From Mustelus asterias (Eukaryota), in the NCBI RefSeq assembly GCF_964213995.1, contig NC_135801.1:27466001-27530000 (forward strand): 64,000 bases of DNA. The letters are read 5' to 3'. Within the stretch, counting starts at the first letter, position 1. Each line of letters starts with the position of its first letter. The notes below the pieces were generated by a model. That model was not told the DNA's origin and made no database searches. It saw only the letters and a program-made list of their open reading frames with translations. Positions 63,436 through 64,000 of the stretch are shown here, piece by piece. The position numbers and the translations under genes are program-made.

Positions 63436-63864
63436 TGGGGGCAGCATTGTGGCACCGTGGTTAGCAGTGCTGCCTCACTGGGGCCTGGGTTCAATTCCGG
63501 TTTCGGGTCACTGTCTGTGTGGAGTCTGCACGTTCTCCCCATGTCTGCATGGGTTTCCTTTGGGTACTCTGGTTTCCTCCTACACTCCAAAGATGAGCAG
63601 ATTAGGTTAATTGGCTATGCTAAATAATTTTCTTTGTTCTTTGAAGGGTAGGGGGTTTTAGTTCAGTCGGGCAGCATAGTTGGGGCAGGCTTGGAGGGCC
63701 GAAGGGCCTGTTCCTGTGCTATAATTTTCTTTGTTCTAAATTGCCCCTTAGTGTCAGGGGGATTAGCAGGGTAAATACATATGGTTATAGTGATAGGGTT
63801 GGATTATTGTCGGTGCAGGCTCGATGGTTCAAATGGCCTCCTTCTGCATTCTAGGGATTCTATG
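63436..63864 (+). mobile_element. HE1-type V-SINE with a CR1 tail fragment inserted at 63624-63737
   Basis: SINE is split at gctaa|attgcccc; the insert ends gggccgaagggcctgttcctgtgctataattttctttgttct. Confidence 0.85.
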
Positions 63865-64000
63865 TGGCTATTTGCATATTCATGTGTACTTTAAGCTGTT
63901 AGCAGTTGTTGGTTTGAGGGAAGATGACAATCTGAGAGTGCGAGTGGTTTTTGGTCAGTGTGTGTGCTTTACTTCCCTGTTTACTGCCAATGGGTCATTT

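Noticed and set aside
56220-64000. Exons of MGST2, the SETD7 neighbour in mammals
   Set aside because: No MAPEG-like coding segment could be found by eye.

Overview
Vertebrate genomic DNA, very probably a cartilaginous fish, inferred from its HE1-type V-SINEs, HER1/CR1 LINEs and SacSINE1-like Deu-SINEs. The one clear protein-coding gene is SETD7 (SET7/9 lysine monomethyltransferase) on the minus strand. All 8 coding exons were reconstructed by hand (55056/55059 down to 20216). The CDS is 40+130+202+190+82+118+158+181 = 1101 nt, or 366 aa, with GT-AG junctions throughout and intact SET catalytic motifs. A CpG-rich promoter-like region with a strong donor at about 4400-5050 probably starts a second minus-strand gene that runs off the left edge. 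The rest is dense with transposons: CR1, L2, Rex1-like and other LINE fragments, about 20 V-SINE copies with two different tails, Deu-SINEs, hAT and Harbinger-like DNA elements, and short Penelope-like fragments. The most notable signal is two families of minimal hammerhead-ribozyme motifs in the Penelope-like fragments. One family has a compensated U3:A8 core variant, and two copies lie in the sense orientation of SETD7 introns. Repeat boundaries are by eye and approximate; no searches were run.
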